Shown: positions 52,601 through 62,856 of the stretch, one piece after another
Layout of the letters: each line of letters opens with the position of its first letter
How positions within the stretch are numbered: the stretch's first letter is position 1
NCBI RefSeq assembly: GCF_018350175.1
Contig: NC_058382.1
Location: 17,484,001 to 17,548,000 of the forward strand
Reading direction: 5' to 3'
Origin: Felis catus
Lineage: Eukaryota
Length of the DNA stretch: 64,000 nucleotides
Position numbers and translations under genes: made by a program
The notes under the pieces: generated by a model
Databases searched by the model: none
What the model was told of the DNA's origin: nothing
What the model saw: the letters and a program-made list of their open reading frames with translations, nothing else

Positions 52601-55600
52601 GAATAGGTGCAGGCGCCCGGGAGGTGGAAGGTGGTGCCGTCGAAGGTGCGATAATAGAGTCCGTCTGTGGCAAAGCAGAGGCCTGGGCCGCCCCGGGCTG
52701 CGCGGCAGGGTTTGCAGGCCACCCGGCCGCCGGGGTGACAGCGGCAGCAGCGACCGGTCGCGGTGGGAGGGGGCGGCAGCGAGGCGCCGGGTTCCAAGTA
52801 GCGGCCGGCGCTCAGGCAGCCGCACTGAGCAGTGGGCACACAGATAGCGCCACTCAGCACAAAGCCCGCGTCGCATACGCAGCCCTCACGGCAGTGCCCA
52901 GCGCGATCGCAGCCGGGTGGTGGCTCCAGCCCCGCGCAAGTGACAGAACAAGCCGGAGCGCACAGCGTGTAGTGCGAGTGTGCGGGGCACAGCGGGCCTG
53001 CGGAACCAGTAGGAATGGAAGGTTACTTTGCGGCCTGTGGCTGTTGGGACTCTCACTCCCTAACTCTGGGGCTAGGATGGGGTATCTGGGGCCCTGCCGG
53101 GGCAAAGCTCTACCTGGGCAGAGCTGCAGGTACCTTCAGATAGCTAAGGATGCGGTGGTTAACCATGCCTCTGATGAGGCGTAGCTAATCTGTAGGGCTT
53201 GGGACGGATAAGAGCTTAGGGGCTAGACCATGAACAGGTCTGAGTCCCTGAGAGGTAAGAGCTGAAGGGTTGGACCATAATCAGGGCTGAGAAGAGGGAA
53301 GGATAAGAGTTGGGGGGCTGGACTTAAATCAGAATACACCTGCCACTTTAGCATGGGCAAAGGTTGAGGGTCTGGTGGGGAGTGGAGGGATGGCTGAAGG
53401 CTGGTGCAGTGGGAAGTACAGGGTCTCAGGGATACATTGTGCAGGGAGGAGCTGGCACTCTGGGATGAGCAACAGCCAAGGAGCCACATCTCAGTCAAGA
53501 GTGGGGCCAGGTTCCCCAGATGAGCAAAGATAGAGAGAGACGCTAGACTGAATCCCTAGGCACTCACTGCACAGGCTTGAATTCCGCCATTGGAAGACTT
53601 GGCCACCCAGCAGCTGGCAAGTTTCACAGTAGAGGCTGAGCATGGGGCAGGGTCCAGTGCCTAGGCATACATCCACCATGCAATCTTGGACATAGGGGCT
53701 TGGTGCCAGCATCTCATGGCACAGCTGGAAGGGCCCCAGAGGGTCCAAAAGGATGTCACAAGGGTGGGCAAAGTGGGTTGGGCTGCTGGTGGTTGGCAGA
53801 GTGACACAAGATGGTGGCAGTGGTGGCATCTTGTCAGCAGCATCCAGGCACCCAGTCGAGGAATCCACCAAATATCTATGGCCAAAGGCCCAGGCCATTG
53901 CATCCTCAGGCAGCTTGGTGCCCAGCACGGTTCCAGGCACCTGGAGGTCATTCATGGGGTCCCCATTATAGTCAGCGCACAGCCCCACCACATGGCCCTT
54001 ATATGCTGCTGGAAGATCCAGTACTATGCGGATCCCAGGGGCATAGGTCACACGCAGGCCAAAGGAACAGCTGACCACAGTGTCCCAGCCATGGCGAAAG
54101 ATGAGTGTATTGTTGCTCAGAGCCTGGAATGGTAGATTCTGCCAGTCACCATTCACCTGTGCAAAGAGGATATGTCAAGGTGGGGCTCTAGGGACCCCGT
54201 ATCATTACCAAGGATGCCAGTGTCCCTAGGTAAGGGTATAAGAGCAGGGCCCCCAGAAGGTCTTTTTGAAGGACTGTCTACAATGACCACCCCCAACCCA
54301 ACAAATAAAAGTTTGGGGTGCTGTCCACAATACTGATACTTTTTCCAACAAATACTTGGATGGTGAGAACTGTGGATTCTGGGGTTTGGGGCTATAGTAT
54401 TCCTGGATCAGATTTGGGGAGATGAAAGCCACAGCTTCTGGAAGTGACACATGTGCAGTGTCTGGCACATGTCTGGTCAATAAATATTTGTTGAGCTAAT
54501 GCATGGATGAGTGAATGAGGCTCATAGGTCAAGTTAGGCTGTAGAGTCCTAGGGATGCTGGGATTTCTAGGTATGGCAGGGGCTTCAGGATACTATGCAA
54601 ATGGTTCAGGGAAGGGAGGTCTGTCCATAGCATATATAAATGTTGAGGCTGCTGTGCATGGTCTAACCATATTTGCCCACAGCATCTGGGGCTGGGGTTA
54701 TAAGAATTTGGGATGAGGGTTTGTAAGCTTTTGGAGTTGGGGATTTGGAATTCCTGGATTGGGTTTAGGGGGTGCCCGGGACTGGGGCTAGAGTTGAGTC
54801 TAAAGTTCAGTTAACACATGTAACTTAGAATAGTGCCTGGAACACAGTAGGTATTCAGTAAGTGACTGTTAAATGAATGAATGAGTGAATGAATGAATGA
54901 ATGAATGAATGAATAAATGGGATTCTTGGGTCAGGACTGGAGTTTCAAGATCCCAGAATCAGGACTGAAAGCTCTGGTGTACTGGGGCTCACAATGAAGG
55001 TTCCAGAATTCTTGAGTCAAGGCTAGGAGTTTTTGTTCCAAGACAATCCAGGCCAGGAGTATTTGTTTCAAACACTTAGGTTGAACTATATGAAATTGCC
55101 GCATTTGTAGGAAAAAACACCAAATATTGGCAGCTTCGTGTCCAATTTTCATAACTACATGTGCAGGACAGTGACGTGTGGTAGTTAAGTGTCCTTTGAC
55201 TTCGGAGCCATGTCACCTGGGCTCAAATCTTGGCTCCTGGTTTGTCTCACTTTGGCAATTTGTTTAACTTCTCTGTAAAATGAGAGAAATAATAATATGC
55301 ACTGGAAAGAATTGTTGTAAGGATCAAGTAAGGATTTGTAATTGTGCCTGGCACGTGTTGGGGTAGACCGTGTTCCTTGGGAAGGCAGAGAGGTCTTAGG
55401 TTCTGGGATTAAGGTCCCTTGGGGCCACCCATAAAGCCGTAGTCAGGGCTAGGCCCCTGGTCCCAAGAAAAGCATAAAATCTGGTCCTCACTCACATGCA
55501 TTCAGGGGCCAGGCAAATAGCTAAATGAGTAAAGTGGAGAGGGTGGGATGTGCTGGGGACTGTGACAAACTAGAGAGAAAGTACGTGCCCCTCGCTAGAG

Positions 55601-58600
55601 AGGGAAGTCCCAAACATACGTGGCCATGAGAATAGGTGACTAGTTGCCAGGGCTTCTAGTTTCTCAAGAGATACCATAAGTCCAGCCTTCTTTATTTAAA
55701 AATGGTAATTCAGTAAGAAATTTAAAATATGGCCAAGGCAAACTGCAGAGAGAAAGTTACTGACAGCCTCTGGGTTCTGTCCTCTGTGGTCGGTGAATAC
55801 TCACCCCCACAGCCCCACAGCTCCTCTCCCAGTGTCCCTATCTTTATTTGTCTTTCCTACCTTGATGAGAAAATTTGTCATGTTGAAGTGGTGTCAGAGT
55901 CATTGGGAACTTGGAATTACATTTCACAAATGAGTAGTTGAGGTCATGTATTTTTTTGATGATTTACAGAGACAGCATAAGAGACCCTGGAGCCCAAAAT
56001 GCCAAGGTTTAAATACTAACTCTCGTATTTATAAGCTGTGTGACCTTGGGCCAATGGCCTCACCTCTCTGGGGCAGTTTCTTCATCTGGAAAATGGTAAT
56101 GCCTATTGTATCTACCTTAAAAGGACTCTTGTGCATTATGTGTTATTTCATTGGCACCTAGCGCGTGTGCCTCCCGAGTGGCCTTTCCAACAGCACCAAA
56201 ACTTCTTTTCCTGGGGAAATTATGGAGGACTGGGAAAGGGGGTTCTGGACTGATGGTTTGCTCCTGAAGTGTTAAGGCTTGAGTTATAATTTGGGGGTTA
56301 GTTTTGGGGGGGTTAAAGTTAGGTGACTGGGTCAGAGATCATGGGGCAAGAGGGAGGAGGTGCAAGATACTGGATTTAAGGTCCAATGTCACAGGACAAA
56401 AACTCAAGGTATGACCCTAGGGTGAGGTTAGGGGGATCTTGGGATCAGGTTTGGGAGTCTTGAGATGAGGACTCTGGGTCAGAGGACATAAGGTGAATGT
56501 GTGGGCAGGGCTGGGGTTTTCTCACCAGGACACGACCAGGTTCCTTGGGGTCCAGCCTCAGATGGAATCCAGACACGTGTACTTCGAGGCTATTCGGGAC
56601 GCCATCAGGACTGGTGCCCAGGAGCACACGGAAGTCAGTGAGCTCCTGTGGCGCTGAAGAACTGCGGCCGCTCAGCAGGTACACGCAAGAGCCAGGGAAG
56701 CGAAAACGGCGCCCATCAAAGGTGATGTAGTGGCCTCTGCCAGCCACCACGCATGTGGCCATGCTCGAGGGCACACACGTGCGCAGGTTGTGTGACAGAA
56801 CGCAGCGCTCATGCGGCCTGCACCCCGTCTCAGTGCAGATCACGCTCCCTCCTAAGGCTGGGCAGAGGCAGCGGCGGCGAGTGCAGCCCACACCCTCCCA
56901 TAAAGCCTCGCCTGGTGCCAGCAGACGTCCCTGGTGCACGCAGCCACAGCCACCAGGCCCTGGGCGCCGGAGGACACAGGCTGGGCCGCTGCGAACATAG
57001 CCAGGATTGCAGGTGCACGTCTCCCCGCAGGGCAGCGGGCAGGACGCTCCCAAGGGCCCCAAGCATGTCTCTGGGCAGGAGGAGCCACATAACTCATAAT
57101 GGCTGTTTTGGGGGCACTCGATAGCTGGGGGAAGAAGGGGAGAAAGATGGAGGGGGAAGGAGTGTTTACATCAGGACCTCCCAGTCTGGTTCCAGAGACC
57201 TAAGTATTTAGCCATCCCTAGAATGGAGATGTTCCTGCCTTCATTTTCCAAGAGTCGTGCCCAGGATCCTGGGGGTCCTCATCCCCTAGAATGGAGGCTT
57301 TCCAGCAATCTCCATCTCACAGAGTAAAGAAGTTTCTATCATCAGAAACCAGAAGTCCTCTTTCAGAACCTTAAAATCTGGCCCTGGGACACAGAACTCT
57401 CACCCCAGACCCTGGAGTCCTCCTTACCTAGAGGACTTTTCCATACACCAAATCCAGGAATCTTGCCTTTTAGAATTAACTAATTCTGAATCCCAGGGCC
57501 TGGAAGCCTTCACCCTCAGGACCCAAAGAATCCTGACCCCAAGACCTAGGGGTTCCAGCCCCCAGAAACAAGAAATCCCACCACTGGGTGGAGGAGTCTC
57601 CATCCCCAGACCCAAGGAACCCTGCCTCCTGAGCCCCTGCAGTCCCATCCCAGGGACCCTGCAGCCTTGTCCTAGGAATCAACTCCAGCCAGCATCAGGG
57701 AGTGCCACCCCTAAGTCCCAGAATCCCCTTCCCTAGTAGCCCATAGCCTTTTGCATCTAAGGGTCACTCACGGCAGCCAGTCTGGGATCTCCAGGAGTTG
57801 ATGCTGACACCTAGGCGCTGACACGCATGTGCGTAGACCTGGAGCATCAAGCAAAGAGTTGGTCGGTTGTTGGAGAAGGGGCAGATCCAAGCACTGCAGC
57901 TGATCTCGAAGGGTGCAGGCCTCAGCACATGGTGGCAATGGCTAAAGGGCCCGTTCAGAGCTGTCAGGATGGCACAGGGCCCCGGGGTCTTCGGTGGGGA
58001 CGATGGCTTGGTGCAGGGAGCAGCCCAGAGGGAGTGGCACGGGTCATCAGGCGGCTGCAGGGTCCAAGTGCGCAAGAAGGCGCGCAGGTCTGGACCGCCC
58101 ACATCATCGATTGGGTCACTGTTGAAGTTGCCACACAAGCCCACCACGTGTGCACGGTAGCCGTCGGTTACTTGCAGAGACAGGGCGTGCTGCCAGTCGT
58201 ACACTAGGCGCAGTGCAGGTGGCTCTTGCTCCAGACCTGCCTCTGCCCATAGTTCTGAGCTACGGAAATACAACCGCAGCCTCCCGTGGAGCAGCGTCAC
58301 TGGCAGCCTAAGCCGCTGCTGGTTCACCTGCAGGGGTGACCCAAGAGCAGCAATCACCAGAGAAAGGGTACATTCCTAAGCATTTAAGGTGGGGTGAGGG
58401 ATGAAAGCTGAGGGGGTTGGGTGTTGGGATACCGAGGGAGTGGGGGTCTGGGAGCTGTAAGGAGGAAATGAGTTAAGATATGAAAAGAACTTGGAACAGA
58501 GTCCACCTCATGGTTAAGTGTCATATGAGGAGGATTTGCTATGTTTGATGTCCCCTAACCCTGGCATCTGGAACCTCCAAATTCTGTGAGCTTTGGACAT

Positions 58601-59761
58601 ATCCTAGGACCACATGCGGCCGCTGGCATGTCTGCAATTTCTCCTCAGGGAACGTTTGGAGGCATTGTTCTTAGGCTTTGTTCTGGCTGGAATGTCACTC
58701 CATGCACTAACCAGGAGTCTTGTTTCCAATACCCAGATGCGACCTCGTGCAAAACTCAGAAGCCTTCCTTTCAGGAATCTTGATAAGTAATTCCACTTCA
58801 GTTAATAGGAGAGCCTTCATCCAGGACCCCAGTGTCTTTCCCCCAATTACCAAGAGCCTTCACCGAGAGCTTCCAGGTCATGTGGATTGGACTTCCATTT
58901 TTTGTGTCAGTTCACCAAGAAGGTTACCAACCCACCTTTTACTCTCACTCACTGCCTCCACCCTGGTCCAACCATCATCTCCTGCCTGGACAATTTCAGC
59001 AACCTCCTCACTGGTCTCTCAGTGCATCCTGAACAAGCCCCATAGTCTGGTCTCCACAGGGAAGCCACAGGGATCCTGTTAACACCCAAGTGGTATTTCA
59101 TCCCTCCTCTGCACACAACCTTCCCTTGGCTTCCACCTTACACAGAATAAAAGACAAAGTTGTTGCAATCTGCCCCCCATGGTCTCTCGCTCTCCTCTGT
59201 ACCACAATCCCTCCCTCTGCTTCAGCCTGGACTTCTTGCTGTTCCTCTAACGTGCCTGTCAGATTCTCACCTTAGGCATTTGCTGTTCCCTCTGCCTAGA
59301 ATTCTCTCAGATACACACATGGCTCTCTCCCTCACCTCTTTTAAGACTTGGCTCAAGTTTCATCTTCTCAGGGAGGCCCTCCTACTTAAGACTCTACTCT
59401 CAGACATCCTGATGCCACTTTTCTGCTCCATGTTTTCCTCCTTAGCATGTATCACCTGCTAAAATACTACATAATTAACTTATATGTATTACTGGTATCT
59501 CTCTGCTAGAATATAAGTACCATGAGAACAAGGATTTTTGTCTGTCTTGGTCACTGATATGTCCTCAGTGCCTTAAACAAGGTCTGGTACATAATAATAA
59601 AACATTCCAGGGTGCCAGGGTGACTCAGTCCATTAAGTGTCTAATTCTTGATTTTGGCTCAGGTTGTGATCTCATGTTTCATGATGAGCCCTGTGTTGGG
59701 CTCTGCGCTGACAACACAGAGACTGCTTAGGATTCTCTCTCTCTGTCCCTCCCCTGCATGT

Positions 59762-59800
<39 letters not shown>

Positions 59801-62142
59801 ATAAATAAACATTAAAAAAATTCCTTAGTTGATGAAGAAACTCAGGAGTGTCAGGTACTTGGGAGATGGGGGCTTATTTGATGACAGTGTAAATCTGAGG
59901 TCCTGAGAATTTGAAGGTACTGGATACCTGGGTTGGGGTGCTGGATTCTGGAGAGCCATAAGAGCACTTGGGGAACTCCCGACTCCTGAGTGACAGGGTG
60001 GGCTCCCAAGTGGCATGTGGAGGGGAGTATGGAGCATCATGGCTCATGCATCAGGTCCTAGCATCATATACTTCTGAGCTTTCCATACCTATTTTTTTAA
60101 NNNNNNNNNNNNNNNNNNNNNNNNNNNNNNNNNNNNNNNNNNNNNNNNNNNNNNNNNNNNNNNNNNNNNNNNNNNNNNNNNNNNNNNNNNNNNNNNNNNN
60201 NNNNNNNNNNNNNNNNNNNNNNNNNNNNNNNNNGGCTCCACACTATCAGTACAGAGCCTGATGTGGGGCTCGAGCCCACAAACTGTGAGATCATGACCTG
60301 AGCCAAAGTCAGACACTCGACAAACCAACCGACCGAGCCATCTAGGCGCCCCACATTAGCCTATTTGATCCATACCACAGTCTGATGACTTAGGTCTTTG
60401 TATCATCCTGATTTCACAGATGAAGAAACTAAGGCTCAGAGAGGTTAAATAACTTGCCTAAGGTCATACAGATAACAGGTGGTCAACCTGGGATTTGAAC
60501 TCAGGCCATCAGGTTTCTAGATCACATTCTTTCTAACATGGTACTGAGGAGTGACTCAGTATGTCCATAACCTCATAGGTTTGCTCTCTCTAGCAATCCT
60601 GATTAAATGTAGTCTAGTCTCCACAACCTTCCAATCAGAGCAATGCGGTCAAACCTTTCCCGAGGAGAAACTGTGGACATGCCAGTGTCCATACCTGCAT
60701 GTGGTCCTAGGCTATGTCCAAAGCCCAGGGGACTTAGAGGTTCCAGTTGTGTCAGGAGACAATAAACATAGCAAACCCACCTCATATGACACTTACCATG
60801 AGGTAGACTCTGTTCCAAGTGCCTTTCATATGTTAACTTATTCCTGCTTCATAGGAACCTGTTAAGGTAGGGCTAGAGATCCATTAGCCCTTATCCACAA
60901 TCCCCAAATGCAAAAGCGGCCTGAAGACTGAAAGATGTTTCGTGTGTTTGATGTTAAAATGTAATTGGCACCAAAAGCTCACCTGAACTCATGACATGGC
61001 CGCTTATGGTCTTAATTTATCCCAGTTAGTGTGAATATTCGGATATTTCACTGCAGAGATACTAATGTTTGTAATTATGTGACATCCATTGGGATTATCA
61101 TATAACATATGGCATTTGCACGGTATGACCATTTGAAATTTCAAAATCTGAAATGCACCTGGCCCCAAGCCTTTTGGATAAGGGACTGTGGACCTATATA
61201 ATTGCCTCCACTGTAGAGTTGACAAAAATGAGGGACAGACAAGGATACAGTTTCCCAGGATCCCACACATAATTATTCTTACCCGGACAAAGCCGAACTC
61301 ATGTTTGACAGCAGTGATGGTGATGCCAAAAGCGCGCATTGTGACAAAGCGCATGGGCTGCCTCCCTCCAGAGCAGGCGATCCACAGCTGGAAGGCAGGG
61401 AGGCCACTGGGTAGGGCCTGAGGGCAGTGGCTCAGGATGTAGGTACATCCCCCAGGCACAGGGAAAGAGTAGCCATCAAAAGTGTAGATGTATGGTAGCC
61501 CGGAAGCCCAGCAGGTACCCCCTGGGACGCCCCCCTGCCTCTTACTAGAGACACCCACTGTCTCTGATTTGGTCTGAGACACCATTTTGGACCCAGACAC
61601 AGTTTCAAGTTCCTGTTTTGCCATAGTCACAGCCTCTAAGCCTGGTTCAGTCCCTGCCACCACCTTGAGCCCCAACTTGGCCACTGAGACAGTTTCTGAC
61701 CTAGACCCAGACACTATCTTGGGTTTGGACTCTGGTTCAGCTATGGGCATTGGCAGGGGTAAAAGTACAGGTGCCGATAAAGCCACAGTCAGGGTTTCGG
61801 GAATTGGTTCTTTTACAGACAGAAGTCCAGGTTCTGGTTCAACCAAAGCTATAGATTCAGGCTGAGGTTCATTCAAAACCCCTTGTGCAAACCCTGGATA
61901 AGCCATGGTCACTGCTACAAGTCCTGGTTCTGCTTCAGGTGTGCTTTCTGATCCTGGTTTGGCCACTGCCATGGTTTTAGAGCTGGAGATGGACGCTGTT
62001 TCGAGGTCCTTCAGAGATATTGTCTTGGAACTGAACACGATGTCAGACCCAAATGTGGTCTTCGTGCTGGCCACACACTCAGGTTTGTGCTTTACAAGAT
62101 GACATGTGGTCCCATCGGAGCATGCGTGGTCCTTACAGGATC
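36504..62142 (-). CDS. IgGFc-binding protein (FCGBP)-like multi-VWD/C8/TIL protein, 5'-partial, ~2,436 aa in window
   Basis: 16 exons in transcription order: 62142-61283, 58327-57772, 57124-56526, 54156-53568, 52997-52447, 51502-50986, 48977-48778, 48658-48517, 48392-47710, 46548-46020, 45530-44929, 43332-42786, 42278-42079, 39898-39503, 36976-36687, 36552-36504 (7310 nt). All GT-AG, phases compatible, no internal stop. Repeated C-x-x-x-G-x-x-x-x-x-TFDG, GLCGNFN, GPFxxCH..Y..AC..WR and CPxxSHYxxC motifs. The last small exon is inferred; without it the frame ends FNNW* at 36683. Confidence 0.9.
37761..38310 (-). mobile_element. Cluster of three Can-SINEs (approx. 37761-37970, 37990-38204, 38205-38310)
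   Basis: Three reverse SINE heads; the first is flanked by CAATCACAG direct repeats. Confidence 0.85.
39181..39222. repeat. (AGT)n microsatellite
   Basis: About 14 perfect trinucleotide units. Confidence 0.95.
39960..40205 (+). mobile_element. Old L1 (ORF2 3' region) fragment
   Basis: Translates to GLSSLIYKEFLEIKKKKTN, similar to the younger L1 at 62.9 kb ([14 protein letters not shown]). Confidence 0.7.
40500..40726 (-). mobile_element. Can-SINE with (GA)n
   Basis: Reverse SINE; (AG)n at 40553-40598. Confidence 0.85.
42380..42597 (-). mobile_element. Can-SINE
   Basis: Reverse SINE consensus. Confidence 0.85.
44290..44520 (-). mobile_element. Can-SINE
   Basis: Reverse SINE consensus with T tail. 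Confidence 0.8.
47190..47403 (+). mobile_element. Can-SINE
   Basis: GGGCGCCTGGGTGGCTCAG head, AATAAATAAAC and A-rich tail. Confidence 0.85.
50548..50735. mobile_element. MER5A-like hAT element with internal tandem duplication
   Basis: GGTTCTCA..CTTGTTAAAACAG..CAGAGTTTCTGATT..GATGCTGCTGGTCCAGGGAC; TGTAAACAAGC occurs three times. Confidence 0.6.
54872..54915. repeat. (TGAA)n tract, typical of an L2 3' end
   Basis: Follows AGTGCCTGGAACACAGTAGGTATTCAGTAA. Confidence 0.7.
59610..59820 (+). mobile_element. Can-SINE
   Basis: Head, (CT)n, A tail; ATTCC/TTCC-like flanks. Confidence 0.8.
60234..60352 (-). mobile_element. Can-SINE (3' part inside an N gap)
   Basis: Reverse head at 60352. Confidence 0.8.
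60874..61198. mobile_element. Tigger/mariner-like MITE
   Basis: Imperfect terminal inverted repeats TAGAGATCCATTAGCCCTTATCCA ... TGGATAAGGGACTGTGGACCTATA with TA flanks. Confidence 0.55.
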
Positions 62143-62618
62143 CTGGGAACCGGAGTGGCATCATCAGGGAAGACTCTATGAGGGGATAGGATTCTGTGGG
62201 AAGGTTCAGATCTTCTTCACTCAGAATATCTGGGGATGAGATGATATGAAATGATGCGACAGAACTGGATCCTGGCATTTGGCCTCATCCCTTTCCTGCC
62301 TCTATGCTCTAGGCCTCCAGGGTTCCTGGAATTGGAGACTCAACATTCATAAGCTATCAGGGTTCCAAATCTAAAATGAAGTGGGCCTATATCAGCAGAA
62401 AGAGAAGGATGGGGCGGAAGGACAATACAGAAATGGCCAACACAACGTGGGTACAGAACAGAGCTGTGATGAGCTGGAGAGCACACACTCCCTCTAAAGA
62501 CACCACATTAATTATTTAAAAGTCTATGTGCCAGTAAATCTAAACATATCTGTGGGTCGATTTTGGCCAGTGAGGGCTTCCAGCCTGCCGCGTCTAGCAG
62601 CCTTAAGAATTGTGTGTG

Positions 62619-62843
62619 GGGGCGCCTGGGTGGCTTGGTCGGTTAAGCGTCTGACTTCGGCTCAGGTCATGATCTCACGGTCCGTGAGTTCGAGCCCCGC
62701 GTCAGGCTCTGTGCTGACAGCTCAGAGCCTGGAGCCTGTTTCGGATTCTGTGTCTCCCTCTCTCTCTGCACCTCCCCTGTTCATGCTCTGTCTCTGTCTC
62801 AAAAATAAATAAACGTTAAAAAAAATTAAAAAAAAAAAAAAAA
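62619..62843 (+). mobile_element. Young felid Can-SINE
   Basis: TSD AAGAATTGTGTGTG at 62605-62618 and 62842-62855; long A tail. Confidence 0.92.
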
Positions 62844-62856
62844 GAATTGTGTGTGT

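Noticed and set aside
44930-53184. Many plus-strand Arg/Ala/Gly-rich ORFs
   Set aside because: Antisense frames of the GC-rich FCGBP-like exons
36504-62142. Calling the gene FCGBP, ZAN or TECTA by symbol
   Set aside because: No GDPH motifs and wrong neighbours for FCGBP; no ZP domain (TECTA); no EGF/TM tail (ZAN)
62143-62278. ATG at 62278 as the start codon of the FCGBP-like gene
   Set aside because: MPGSSSVASF.. is not a signal peptide, and an acceptor TTCCCAG|GA precedes the Cys module at 62142; upstream exons are more likely, though this start is not excluded
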